Assembly (NCBI GenBank): GCA_013239625.1
Contig: MU054323.1
Location: 19,424,819-19,488,818 of the forward strand
Length of the DNA: 64,000 nucleotides
Direction: 5' to 3'
Source: Lama guanicoe
Taxonomy: Eukaryota
The notes under the pieces are model-generated. The model made no database searches. It had not been told where the DNA came from and worked only from the letters and a program-made list of their open reading frames with translations. Every line of letters starts with the position of its first letter. Positions within the stretch are counted from its first letter, which is position 1. Both the position numbers and the translations under genes were made by a program. Positions 52,169-63,778 of this stretch are shown here, piece by piece.

Positions 52169-53124
52169 AGAGACATCATAAAAGAAACAGACATTCAGAA
52201 CTCCAACTCCACACATAACATCGTTTAAAGGAAGCCCAAAGCAGAAGTCCTTTGATAAAATATGAGGTCAATCCATTTGTTAGTACATTGTCAGCATCTT
52301 CCTCATCATTTTAATACATTTTCTATTCATTTTAATAGTTAACTTTTAAATTTTGATCTCTCTAGCCTTTACCTATATTTTCTTTTTAGATGCCATTTCT
52401 GCAAAAATTCTGAAATGATTTATGAGTCACATAGATCTAACTTTGTTAACTCAGCAGTGCCAAGGAGCCAGAACACACTGCTTCCATACCAATTAGTTTG
52501 CCTGAGTTAAGGCCCTCAGTTAACGTTCTTCTCCCAAGCACAGGAACATTGAGATGAACTTCTGTAAAAGAAATGTGATGAAAGGCTCAGGCCTGGACAG
52601 AAAGCAGGAGGCTGGAGAACCGGAACATTTTGTTGGAAAATGCTTTGATGACTAGGATCGAGTATTATTCATGTTCACAGAAGCGCTGCTCCTCTTCTAA
52701 ATAAGATCTGCAGGGTAAACACAATAATCCACCAACCTCTATCTCTGGCCTCTCAACTGTGCAATTGCTTGACATTGTGTCTGTGACATCCAGAACTGGA
52801 AAAGGAGCCTGCTTTATTACCTTGAAGAACTTCAGTTGTGGAAGTCTGAAAACTATAAAATCTACATCATTTTGGATAGTTGGAACATAGGACATGCCCA
52901 TCACCCTATGAAATCTTGTTCCACTGTTAGTAGTCAGTGTGAACCACTTCCTCTAAGTTAGAAAACTTTGATTTTATAAAAGCATCTGTTCTACGATTTG
53001 GCATCTAAGCATGTCCATTTTCCCCACCCCAATACTCTGCTCTGACATCCTCAAGACACCTATGACACCTTCAAGTGCTAAGCAGAGAACAACACTGTCC
53101 AGGTACCTCTCTAACTCTTCCCAC

Positions 53125-53497
53125 TCATCAGCCAGGATTCAACCAATGAAACAGACCATGGGAGATATATACTGACAGATACTGCAAGGAATTGGTTCAC
53201 ACAACGGTAGGTGCTGTCCAGACAAGTGTCAGACCCACAGGGCAGGCTGTCAAGAAAGGCAGGCTAAAATTCTCAGGAAAGATGAATCACTGTCCACAGG
53301 CAGAATTTCTCCTTATTCAGTGAAGCTTCAGCCCTGTTCACAAAGGTCTTCCAATTGATTGGATCAGGCCCATACAAATTACCTGGAATAATCTCCCTGA
53401 CTTAAGGTCAAGTGATTATAGGCTTTAGTCACATCTATCGAGTACCTTCACAGTGACACCTCGGTCAGTGTTTGAATGACTAGTGAGGACTATCACA
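53125..53497 (-). mobile_element. ERVL LTR, MLT2D/E-like
   Basis: 'gcaaggaattggttcacac', 'tgattggatcaggcccatacaaatt', 'taccttcacagtgacacct...gtgtttga' match antisense MLT2. Confidence 0.8.
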
Positions 53498-54204
53498 TCC
53501 CTCCTTCACAAACTCTTTGTCACAGACTCTTAGGCAGACATGTTGAGGGGTCACACTTGGCCCTGGAGTTCAACCCGTTAACACATATTGACTTAACACA
53601 GAGAGGCCACCACTATTGGCAGTGTTGATCCTCACCTTCCCATACTCTTTTCTGTCAGAGGCTTTCAAGAACCTTTCATTGCATTCGTCACTTTTGGTTT
53701 TCTTTATCCTTTCAGGCCTGTCTCCATGGTTAAACTAGATGTTTAGAAGGTGCTCAGTTTAACATTATCCCCACTGAGACCTAGGACATGGGAAAGAAAA
53801 CTCTCCAGGTCCTATGTAATACTTTTCTTAGCTGTTATCCCAGGAGGAAATGGAAGAGGGAAGCAAAGGTGTGGCCTGGCTTCAGTCAGGCAACCTGGTT
53901 TGACTTTCCCCAAAGCAAAGCTCATCCAGAATCAGGCTGAAACAGTGCCAGTCCTTTCTTTTTTCATCTTTCATCATTTATCACAGCAAAAACGCACTCA
54001 TCTGATCTTGTACCAGCTGTCCCTGGGGATTGTACTCTGTTTTCTCCAGAGCATCCCAGCATCATTTTGAGCCAAAGTTGTTGTATTCTGATTTTATTGT
54101 AAGTGAGATTTTAGCATGATGATGGTTTAGTGGTTGAGTTAGCCTTCCAGGGTTTGGGGAGAAAAGATGAGTGGCAAAAAAAAAAAAATTAGTATGTGAG
54201 GTAG

Positions 54205-54380
54205 AAGTAGTAAAGGTTATCTTTGAAGACATGGGCTTGGGTCTAACTTGTTTCACCTATTACTTGCATGACCTCTGACAAGTCTCAGCCTTTTTTGTGT
54301 TTCAGCTATCTTGCCAATAGCAAAAGGGAGGGATTCAAAAATCACTGAATTCTTTTTAAGTTCTACTGTTTATTGATCCT
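54205..54380 (+). mobile_element. MIR
   Basis: 'gaagacatgggcttggg...gcatgacctctgacaagtc...gtgtttcagctatctt'. Confidence 0.55.
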
Positions 54381-54564
54381 ATAGACACTGGGCAGCATTG
54401 CATGGAAAAGAGCTGGCCAGAGAAAAAGGACAGAAGACTAAAAGAATAAGGCAGAATGAAATAGTCTGGAAGAAATGAAAGAAGAAGGAGGAAAAGAATA
54501 AGGAATGTGAGAAGAAAAAGATGATGTAGAGAGGTAAACTTCAGGAACACACTGGTACTTACCA

Positions 54565-54810
54565 GCAGGGAATGGCAAGAACTGGCAAACTGGAGAGTTC
54601 ATGACCCTCTACAGAATGTCGCTGCTACTCATCTCTGTCCAGCTGCTGTCATGGGAAATGCAGGTCCCCTTTGCCAGGTTTTAGAATTTTTCAAGAAAAG
54701 CCAGAAGTCTGGATTCTTATGTGACCTCTCCTCATTTTTAAATGTGGACAAACTAACACAAATTTTAAAAGACAATATGCAGAGCAAACACAGTGTTTCT
54801 GCAGGTAGGG
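54565..54810. mobile_element. hAT-Charlie, MER102-like
   Basis: 'ttgccaggttttagaatttttcaagaaaagccagaagtctggattcttatgtgacctctcctcatttttaaatgt'. Confidence 0.75.
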
Positions 54811-54818
54811 CATTACTT

Positions 54819-54890
54819 TAGGGCCAAGACTAAAGTGAGGCAAGTGAGGCCCTCATCTCATGCACAATGGTTAAGGGAAGCACTAAAAGA
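54819..54890. mobile_element. hAT-Tip100 fragment, MER91-like
   Basis: 'agggccaagactaaagtgaggcaagtgaggc...tgcacaatggttaagggaagcact'. Confidence 0.65.
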
Positions 54891-54989
54891 CGAGACAAAT
54901 TCTATAGCAGAATGTTCATAAGAGAGTCTGTTTAAGACAATGAGCAAATTGGAGTTTCAGCCAGAATCAGAAAAAAACACTGCCAACAA

Positions 54990-55483
54990 GAGCTGATGAC
55001 AGAATATAGTCATCAGGGGGGTGACAGAGTCACCCCAGAGAAGAGCCATCATTGCACTTTGACCATATGGGAAAACAAACCAAGAATCACAGCAGTCAGG
55101 AGCCATCATCACAACGGATGAAAGATGGCAATGACGTCACACTTCGTTGCCCAGAAACCATCAAGATAAACACCTTAATGGAAGAAAAGCAAATGCGCAT
55201 GGGCTCTCATTCAACACTATAAGGGAGTGGACACTTCTCTATTTCTCATCTTGGGAAGGCTGAGAAAGGAGGGAGAAAAGACTTGAACCATTTGTCAATC
55301 TTCTTACAGAAAAAAAACTAGTTTAACCGAGAGGAAGATGAAATTACTTTTAATTGACAAACTAAGTTTTTCTTTCTCTTTGTGAGCATAAGAGCTTGAA
55401 GACAAATGAGATCTGTTATAAAATAAAGAAAGATAGATGGTTTTCTTCACACATTCGAGTCATGGTGTGCCAATTCTGACACA
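54990..55483 (+). mobile_element. Ancient LTR, possibly mammalian Gypsy-type (MamGypLTR-like)
   Basis: 3' part 'gatctgttataaaataaagaaag...ttttcttcacacattcgagt...aattctgacaca' resembles recalled MamGypLTR ends; the 5' boundary is uncertain. Confidence 0.45.
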
Positions 55484-57303
55484 TATCTCCCCTCACAATA
55501 AATTTACAATGAATATTTTGTACATAACTTAAGAAAGCAACTTACATGACAAAACTAAGGACGTCGAACCACTAGATATGCTTTAATCACTTGTTTTCCT
55601 GACTGCTTGAAAGTAGGTTAAGAAAAAAAGCTTCCCCAACTAAGAAAAGGAGACAAATCATTATGACATGAAACTTTAGTTAAATTCTGCCCTATTAGAA
55701 TTTGCTAAGAAGTAAGTGCCAGACAAGGGGATTTCAGTGATGAGTTATTATATTTGCAAATTAGTGTAATGAAAATTACCAAGGCAGTACCAAGAATTTA
55801 AATGAACTGTGTAATTTTTTTCTTAAGTTTCAATATGAAATAATTGTTCATTTCATGCTAGAAATAGTTACGGTTGCTGATTCTTTTGCATAAATCAATA
55901 TGGTCTGAACAATAAAGCTAATAGCCCAGTAAAGTCTATAAAATGTAGCTGCATAGCTGCCTGCTTCCAGGGCTCTATTCCAGGAGCTAAATAGCAGTTT
56001 CTATTTCTAGTCGACTACTGTCTTTATCAAATTACTTCTTTGACTCAGTGACAGCTTTTTAAGACATCTTCTAAAGGAATGCTTTATTTTCTCATCTTTG
56101 TTCTTTGAGTTAAAGAATGTAATTTTTAAAGTAATAGAATTGACCATTATTATATTGTTGAGGATTTTTAGTAATATTGAAAACAATCATGCACGTGTAA
56201 AACTAGTTGTACAAAATAGCATTCATACTGACTTTGTTATTCCTCGGAGTAAGACAGGGGTCTTACTAAATTCACTAAGATTGTGTTATCATACTTTAAG
56301 TTATCTGAAGTGTTAAGTTCTAATATATGCCAAAAAAGATACTTTAGCCCAGTAACAAATTTTTTTTTACCCTTATGCTCTTTCCAAAAAAGAGATCCAA
56401 AGAAGCAAATGCAAGAAAGTACAATGAAAAAAAACAAAGCTTCCAATGGAGATGCGGGAATAACAGTCATAATTTTAGGTGATTATGTTAAATTCATTTT
56501 ATTAGATATGACAGTAATGCTAATGGATGTTCACCCTTCAACTTTCACTGTGTAGCAAATTACAAAATGTGTTTTTAATGAATATAGCACAGTGGTTATA
56601 TTTATCTGACATCTATTTGAAATTAAAGTGGCTTAAAATATTATGTAGGAAGGTTTAACTCTAATAATCCAAAAACACTTAATCAAAAACTGCTTTATAT
56701 CTAATTAAAGTGCATTGTTCCCTATCTTTATGCTGACTCTTTACAAAGTTAGAACAAATTGCTCATTATGTATTCCAATGCCACAATAATTAAATGTCCT
56801 GTAAAACTTAAACCAGATTTGTTTTACTGTCCTGTAAATAAGGAAATCGAACTAGATGATGTCCATGATTTCCAAGATGATGCAATTTTTACCCAATTTT
56901 TCGTGTTAGAATTCAGCCATAAGATATACCATTCATCTAAAAGGTTTCTTAAAATATAGAGCAATCACGGCAGGCAGACACACAGGCTGTGTGAGCGCAG
57001 ACCAAGCTGAGACGTGGCCTGTCCCTCGGGCATCACGTTTTCTCCCGTTCTAAATGTGGAGCAGTTTGGTGATCCCTTCAGTTTCTGAGCAGACTGAGGT
57101 TGGTCTGGGAGAGGCCTGATTTAACTCCCGCCTGCAGGTGCAGGCTCCCAGCAGTCTCTTAGGGAGGCAGCACCAGGCCTAATCCAGACCCCAGGACATT
57201 CTGACCCATCTCCAAATCTGTCTGGGAATCCTGATACCTACAGGGAACTCGCCAAAGCCAACTCCAGGGGGTACGACTAACAATTTTAACAATTTAAGAA
57301 GGG

Positions 57304-57364
57304 GTGTGTGCATGTGCGCCCATATGTGTGTGTATGTGTGTGTACACACACACACATACATACA
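57304..57364. repeat. (TG)n followed by (CA)n, a self-complementary microsatellite
   Basis: 'tatgtgtgtgtatgtgtgtgtacacacacacacatacata' is centred on GTAC. Confidence 0.9.
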
Positions 57365-57472
57365 ACTGAGGGCAAGTTGTCTGCTCTGAGCATTCCATTT
57401 TTTTACCCATAAAATGAAAGGAATGTACTAATGATCTTTAAAGCCCCTGTCAGTTGAAAAACTTCTATGATT
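57365..57472 (+). mobile_element. MIR (MIR3/MIRc-like)
   Basis: 'gggcaagtt...cattttttacccataaaatgaaagg...atgatctttaaagccc...ttctatgattc'. Confidence 0.7.
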
Positions 57473-57825
57473 CCTCAAGTTAGATACTTTCCTCCCTCCT
57501 CCCTTCAAAATAGCAATGGACGAGACATAAAATTTTTCAATAAAAAGAGAATACATTTTCGATTTGGAAGAGAGGTTAAAAAGTCTAAACAGCATAATCT
57601 AAAGAAAATAAAGTTTATATTTGACATAAAGTTTAAAGGATTTAATAACATTAGCTGCTAAAATGGAAAAAAAAATTAATGTGAACCCAAGGCTGTAAGT
57701 AGAAATATTTTCTTTTTCATTTCTGTCACTAGAAGAGTAGGGGAGCAGAAACATGCCACCCCAAAACATTTCTCTTTGAGATAAGAATTATTTTAAGCTC
57801 CTCATTTTCCACATAGACATGGAAG

Positions 57826-58298
57826 TGTGAACAGAAAATACTGTAAACCGTATCAGTAAACAAAGAATGCTGAAGCCATCAAGTCATCAGCCGGCTGCTG
57901 CCACCCCCCACAGTGAAGACAAGCCTGCAGCCCAGCCACTCACAATGGGACACCCTGAGGGAACTCAGAATAATAAAGGACAAGATACTGGCCCTAGATA
58001 GCTAGATGCTTGTCAAAGGAATGAATTCAATGAGCCCAAATGTGTGCTTCCTCCCATACACAGAAAAGCACTAAATTTTTTTAACTTGAGATGCCTTGTT
58101 TTCTTTAAATAACAAGTAATCTTTTATTGTTCCAACTACCTGGTCTTTTGTTGTAAAGCTCCTGTACATCCTAGCTCCTCCCCTACCTCTTCGGAGCAGT
58201 CCCTCAGAGCGATCTGAGAGGCTGTCATCCTGGCTCGAGTCCTCCCATCAAAGAAAACATAACTCAACTTTTAGGCTGCGCATTTATTTCAGTCGACA
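57826..58298 (+). mobile_element. ERV1-type solo LTR, copy C (same family as A and B)
   Basis: TGTGAA...GTCGACA termini; aligns along its length to 44622-45107. Confidence 0.92.
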
Positions 58299-58625
58299 AG
58301 AGCAACTCTGAAAATCACGTGGGAGTTATACTTTTGTAAGAAACGTTTACATGTATAAGAGAAAACTCCATCTGTAAGGGTGACTTCCTCCCTGCACCAG
58401 GAAGAAGAGGATAACCAAACCTCTAGAAATTTTATCGATGGAGAAGGCAATGACTTACAGCTGCATAACAACCTTACCCTTGTTTACCGTGCTTTTCCTG
58501 ATCACCTCTCATAACTGACACTCCCCAACCTCAACATCCTATTTTGTCTTTAGCTAAGGATGATATTTAAAGTAAGGGCTTTAGCCATTTTGGCAATTTG
58601 CTCAGTTCTCCTGGGTCCCTCCCAT

Positions 58626-59077
58626 TGTTACGGAAACGGCAGGCCAGTCAAGAAACAAGCACCACTCGGAGGGTTGGAGTACTCAGATGTATTATGCCGG
58701 CGGGCTCAGAGGGGCTTCTGCTCCGAAGCTCTGAGCACCTGCAAGATGTGCACATGAGGTTTTATAGGGTAAAGTACAAGCTTGGGGTATTCGGCCAATA
58801 GGCATGGAACAGCTTTAGCAGCATCATCATCACGAAAGTGGAGGCGGGGAGGCAGCAAACCCACATTCCAAAGTCAGATATGTATCTTTGAAAATCCAGC
58901 TGGCTAGCAAAAAACAGAAACAGCAAACCAACACCAATTAACTTAGATTTACAAGTTAGTCCAGCAGAACTCAGATCAGTATTCCAATACTTAGACTTGT
59001 TAGCCCAGCCCAGCCTCTCCTTCACATTCCTGGACCTGTGAGTTATCTTGTTAGACCAGCCCAGCCTTTCCTTCACA
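58626..59077 (-). mobile_element. Young ERV1-type solo LTR
   Basis: TG...CA termini; perfect TSD CCAT (58622-58625/59078-59081); minus-strand TATAAAA near 58760-58766; many intact CpGs; 51-bp-period U3 repeat (58996-59026/59047-59077). Confidence 0.92.
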
Positions 59078-59445
59078 CCATGGATGCTTGTTATTAAACT
59101 TGTGTTAGATTGTCTCCCCTTAATCCATCTCATGTCAATTTACTTCTTAGACCAGCCAGAAGAACCTAGAAGTTAGAGGAAAACTCCTTGGCAGGAGTAA
59201 CCCAACTCAAATGTTTGCTCATCATCAACTTTCTCTTACAATTTCTTGCATCAAAAAGAACAAGGAAACTTGAAAGGTAACTAATCCCAAAGAAACTGTC
59301 CTACGAAGGAAAGTCAGCCTCTGTGGTTAAAGAGTAAGGACCCTTTCAACACATATGTGATTTTGAGGTGACTGAAGGGACAGCTTACAGGAATGCTCAC
59401 TGGCCAAACTACAACTTGAGTAATCTAAAAGCAAAGAATACATTT

Positions 59446-60090
59446 TGAGACAGCATAGAAGGGGGCAGGGCACAGCCATTCAAGGAATGCTACAGCAATT
59501 AACAACAAAATGGTGAAAGATTCAACCCCCAGTAGGCCTTGAGGCTCAAGATGATGAGAGATTTAAGTTCTAGTAGATCTTGAGCTTCATTATATGCTCA
59601 CTGTAATATATTAGCATGGTGAATAATGCCCACGGGCACCATGGCAGTCCCAAGGGTAGTCATCAAAGGACAAAGAATGGGAAATGGCCAACTTCCTGGG
59701 AATCCCAGCCCCTTCCCCAGGCTACTTAGACTGGTCCTTCCACTTACTAGCATACAAAGCCACCAAGCCCATAAAAACCAGCAACACAGTGCCTCATGCA
59801 GCAGCCTCTGTCTCCCTCTCTGGAGACAGACCACATTCTGTCTATGGAATGTGTACCTACTTTTAATCTGAGCACCCAATTCCCACACCTCTTTCCTTGC
59901 CTTTCTCTTGCCTTACACTCTATGCAGTATGTATCTTTCTAAATAATTCTACCTTTACTCAAACGTGGCTCACACTTGAATTATTTCCTGCGCAAAGCCA
60001 AGGACCCACACTTAGCGGGGCACGTTCCAGGGGTTCACCTGAGACCTGGACACGGCCCTCCTCATGCCCCACATCTGTTTTCATGCATCA
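59446..60090 (+). mobile_element. Complete ERV1 solo LTR, MER41-like
   Basis: TGAGACAG...GCATCA termini; perfect TSD ATTT (59442-59445/60091-60094); 'ttgaattatttcctgcgcaaagccaaggaccc' is typical of the MER41/LTR8 group. The family name is less certain than the LTR call. Confidence 0.88.
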
Positions 60091-60364
60091 ATTTCAGTTA
60101 GTAAAAATGGAACAATTAAATGCCCATCATGTTATTTTAAGAACAGAGAGAATTAACACCAAACTACAGAAGAAAGATGATCCAATCAAAATAGAATCGC
60201 TTTGTACTATTAATGTGAGGAGGAAATATTAATATATATATAAGTATTACATTCTGTTAAATATACCATGTTTTTAAATGTGCTGTTCTCATCCTGTGTA
60301 AATAGGGTGGATAGAAGGAATTGGATTAAGTCAAACAGTCCAAGTACTGGCAGACACTATTTCA

Positions 60365-61551
60365 TAAGCAGTATACTCTTTGACATCAGTCTTAGGAATA
60401 CTTTTTTGGATCTATCTCCTCAGGCAAGGGAAACAAAAGCAAAAATAAGCAAATGGGACTACATCAAACTAAAAAGCTTTTGCATAGTGAAGAAACTATC
60501 AACAAAATGAAAACGCAGCCTACTGAATGGAGATACATCTGATAAGAAGTTAATATTCAAAATAGACAATGAATTCAGACAACTCGACATTAAAAAAACA
60601 AACAACTTGATTAAAAAATGTGCAGAGGCCCTGAATAGAGTTTTTTTTCCAAAAAAAGGCATAAAGATGGCCAACAGGCACATGAAAAGATGTTCAACAT
60701 CATTTATTATCAGGGAAATGCAAATTAAAATCATGAGATACACCCTATACCTGTCAGAATGCCTATCCTAAAAAGACACAATAACCAGTGCTGGTGAGGA
60801 TATGGAGAAAAGGAAACCCTTGTACACTGTTGATGGGTTTGTAAACTGGTGCAGCCATTATGGAAAATAGTATGGCGTTTCCTCAAAAAATTAAAAATAG
60901 AACTGCCATGTGATTAGCAATTTCATTTCTGAGCATTTTCCATAGACAGCAAAAACACCAATTTGAAAGATAGCTGCATCCCAGTGTTTATCACAGCATT
61001 ATTTACAATAGCCAAGATATAGAAGCAACCTAAGTGTCCACTGACAGATGAATGAATAAAGAAGATGTGGTGTGTATATATATATATATACAGTTGGATG
61101 TTACTCAGTCATAAAAAAATGAAATCTTGCCATTTGGGACAACATGGATGATCTAGAGGATATTATACTAAGTGAAATAAGTCAGAGACAAATATCATAT
61201 AATCTTACTTACATGTGGAATCTAAAAAACAAAACCAAGAAACAAACAAAATAAGACAAAAGCAGACTTACAGATACAGACAACAAACAGGTGGTTTCCA
61301 CAGAGGATGGCAGTGGGGGAGTAGGCAAAATTGGTGAAAGGGATTAAGATGTACAAACCCCCAGGTATAAAATAAATAAGCCACTGAGATGCAATATATA
61401 GTGTAAGAAATATGGTCAATACTATTGTAATAACTTTGTATGGAGACAGATGGTTACTAGACATGTTTTCATAATCATTTCATAACGTATACAAATGTCA
61501 AATCACCATGTAGTACACCTAAAACTACCATGATATTACATGTCAACTGTA
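60365..61551 (+). mobile_element. L1 (L1MA9-like/laurasiatherian) ORF2 end and 3'UTR
   Basis: 'ctcctcaggcaagggaaacaaaagcaaaaataagcaaatgggactacatcaaactaaaaagc' ([12 protein letters not shown]) through 'catgtcaactgta'. Confidence 0.9.
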
Positions 61552-61769
61552 TGGGTGAACTTTGAAGAACTCAGGGGCCAGGGGCACTAACTATGGATGA
61601 AATCAAGAAATTCATGTATAACTTTATAGTCAGTTCTCTGTAAAGCAGTCCCACATACACAAGTTCAACGAACCACAGATCACGTGGTACTGTATGTAGT
61701 ATATATTTAGTGAAAAACATCCCCGTATACATGGACTGGCACAAATACATGTTGATCAAGTGTCCATTG
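61552..61769. mobile_element. TcMar-Tigger MITE, MER8-like, inserted at a TA in the L1 tail
   Basis: 'aagttcaacgaaccacagatcacgtggtactgta...gaaaaacatccccgtatacatggac...tgttgatcaagtgtccattg'; the L1 tail resumes as 'tatttcac'. Confidence 0.7.
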
Positions 61770-61882
61770 TTATTTCACTTACAAAGTTTGTGTAAACAAT
61801 ATTTTTGTCCCTGTAAAATTTTAACTTGATAAATGTGTAAGTTTTAACCTATTAGTCGTATACAAAATGTCTAAAATTTTAG

Positions 61883-62068
61883 AGCTGTGCTGCCCACTAT
61901 GGTAGCCACTAGCTGTATGTGCTATTTAGATTTAAGTGAATTAAAACTAAATACAGTAAAAAAATTCAGTTCCTCACTCTCACTAGCCATATTTAAAGTG
62001 CTCAACAGCCACCAGGCTGATGGTGACCTTACCTAACATCACAGACATAGAAGTCATATTGGCTTACT
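61883..62068. mobile_element. hAT-Charlie MITE, MER3-like
   Basis: 'ctgtgctgcccactatggtagccactagc...aaaattcagttcctcactctcactagccatatttaaagtgctcaacagccac'. Confidence 0.85.
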
Positions 62069-62074
62069 TTTAGA

Positions 62075-62608
62075 TATATTGCTTAAGATGGAGACCAAAC
62101 TGCTATATTTATAAGACTCACAAACACAGCATCTCAGTCGGCTCAGTGAAGACAGAAATCCTTTTCTCTTATCCAACATTCTAGAATTGGCAGATGGTCC
62201 CAGGATAGGATTGGTAGGTGGAAAGGTAGGCTCAGTCCCAGGAGGTGTCCAAGGACCCAGATCCTCCTTTCTTGCTTTGCTGTCCCTGGGGTGCTACCCT
62301 ACCATGTATGACTAGAGCTAGCTCTGCAGCGTCTCATCTGCATGTTCCACGCTGTCAGAGGAGGAAGAAGAAAAAATGAAGGGCAAGAAGCTTCCCTCAC
62401 AGAGAATATGGCTATAATGTTGCACGTACCATGTACACCCACACTTCTGTGGCATACACGTGTCTACAGCCCCACCTAGCTATCGGGGAATCTGGGAAAG
62501 GTGATCAAGTTGTGCGTCTTTGTGCCCAGCTACAATGTGGGCTGGGAGGTGTTATTTCTATAAAGAATGGGAGAATGGTTACTGGAGAACAGTTAGCACT
62601 CTGCCACA
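62075..62608 (-). mobile_element. MaLR LTR, MLT1J-like
   Basis: Right end 'gggagaatggttactggagaacagttagcactctgccaca' is the reverse of the MLT1J start; internal 'ccaaggacccag', 'cacctagct..gggaatctgggaaa'. Confidence 0.8.
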
Positions 62609-63514
62609 GAGGAATGCTGTTTAATGAATTTATTTTTTTTAAGTGGAGCTTAAATAACATTTAACACTAGGAAGTTTTCCCCATACTTACTAGTCCTCGT
62701 CCTTGGATTCCTATCAATGTCCCTTCCACTGGTTATATAAATTCTACTGTTAATACATTCTGCCCTGGCTGAAGTAATATAAACCAGTAATAAAAAATTA
62801 TAATTTCACTTAAAAATACACTAAAAAGAAAATTTTGCTTTATTGGCTATTTTATTTTTAAATAAATATTAGCATTCACTTTTAACTCACTGAACTTCTT
62901 AATAGGGAAAGATTTTTTTAAAAGAATAATGCTACCCATAAAATCTGTAAAATAATGTACACAAGTCAACACTGCAAAATTATTAGGTCTTAGACCATTC
63001 CAGCCAAAAGCAACAGTTAAAGTATATAACAAATTTAACAATACTACAGGCATGTTTTATAGGTTAAACTTAAGTTACAAAGTGAATGGTTTCTTTAATG
63101 CTTAATTTTGTGGATAAGGAACTAAAAAGGATATTATTAAAATATACTAAAATTCATTTTTCTTTCATAAAAGATGATTTGCTGTTGAGCTTCAAGCCTA
63201 ATCATTCTTAACCTTCAATGAAGGTGGCATTATATAAGGTTTATATATTTGCCCCGGACTTACACAAAATTGTTTCTTAAAAGTCAAGTATATTGAATAT
63301 TAAATATTTAAATTATGTAACTTAGGCAACAGGAATTAGTAAAAAGACAATCAAAATTATGATTTCAGAATTATCTTTTAGCAATTGCATCTAGAAATTC
63401 AAAAGTTTGTTTCATAATTGTTAAAAATAATCTCTATGCTTTTGTTTAGATGAAAATATATGAAGAACTTTATATCCTGTTTATGTTTTTACACTGTTTA
63501 ATGGATTTTTATGC

Positions 63515-63778
63515 CTTTTTTTTAATTGAAGTATAGTCAGTTATAATGTGTCAATTTCTGGTATACAGCATAATGTCCCAGTCATACATATACATACATG
63601 TATTCATTTTTGTATTCTTTTTCATTAAAGGTTATTACAAGATATTGAATCTAGTTCCCTGTGCTATATAGAAGAAATTTATTTTTTATCTATTTTTATA
63701 TATAGTAGTTAATACTTGCAAATCTTGAACTCCCAAATTTATCCCTTCCTACCCGCTTTCTCCCTGGTGACTATAAGA
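63515..63778 (-). mobile_element. Camelid-type L1 3' end
   Basis: 'ttttttaattgaagtatagtcagttataatgtgtcaatttctggtatacagc...gttccctgtgctata'. Confidence 0.88.

Larger units (their letters stand above)
57736..59193 (+). mobile_element. Host ERV1 LTR (MER34A-like) split by two younger LTRs
   Basis: Pieces 57736-57825, 58299-58625 and 59082-59193 join into one LTR ('gtaggggagcagaaacatgccacccc...ATTAAA...agaccagccagaagaacctagaag'); flanks GAAG/GGAG are a probable TSD. Confidence 0.8.

Noticed and set aside
52665..52905. Protein-looking 79-aa ORF / 85-nt exon candidate (52821-52905, minus strand)
   Set aside because: The donor AAG|GTAATA is plausible, but the acceptor is weak, no homolog is recognised and there are no partner exons.
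58560..60232. Dense cluster of short ORFs on both strands
   Set aside because: They lie within or overlap GC-richer solo LTRs; no gag, pol or env similarity and no internal proviral sequence.
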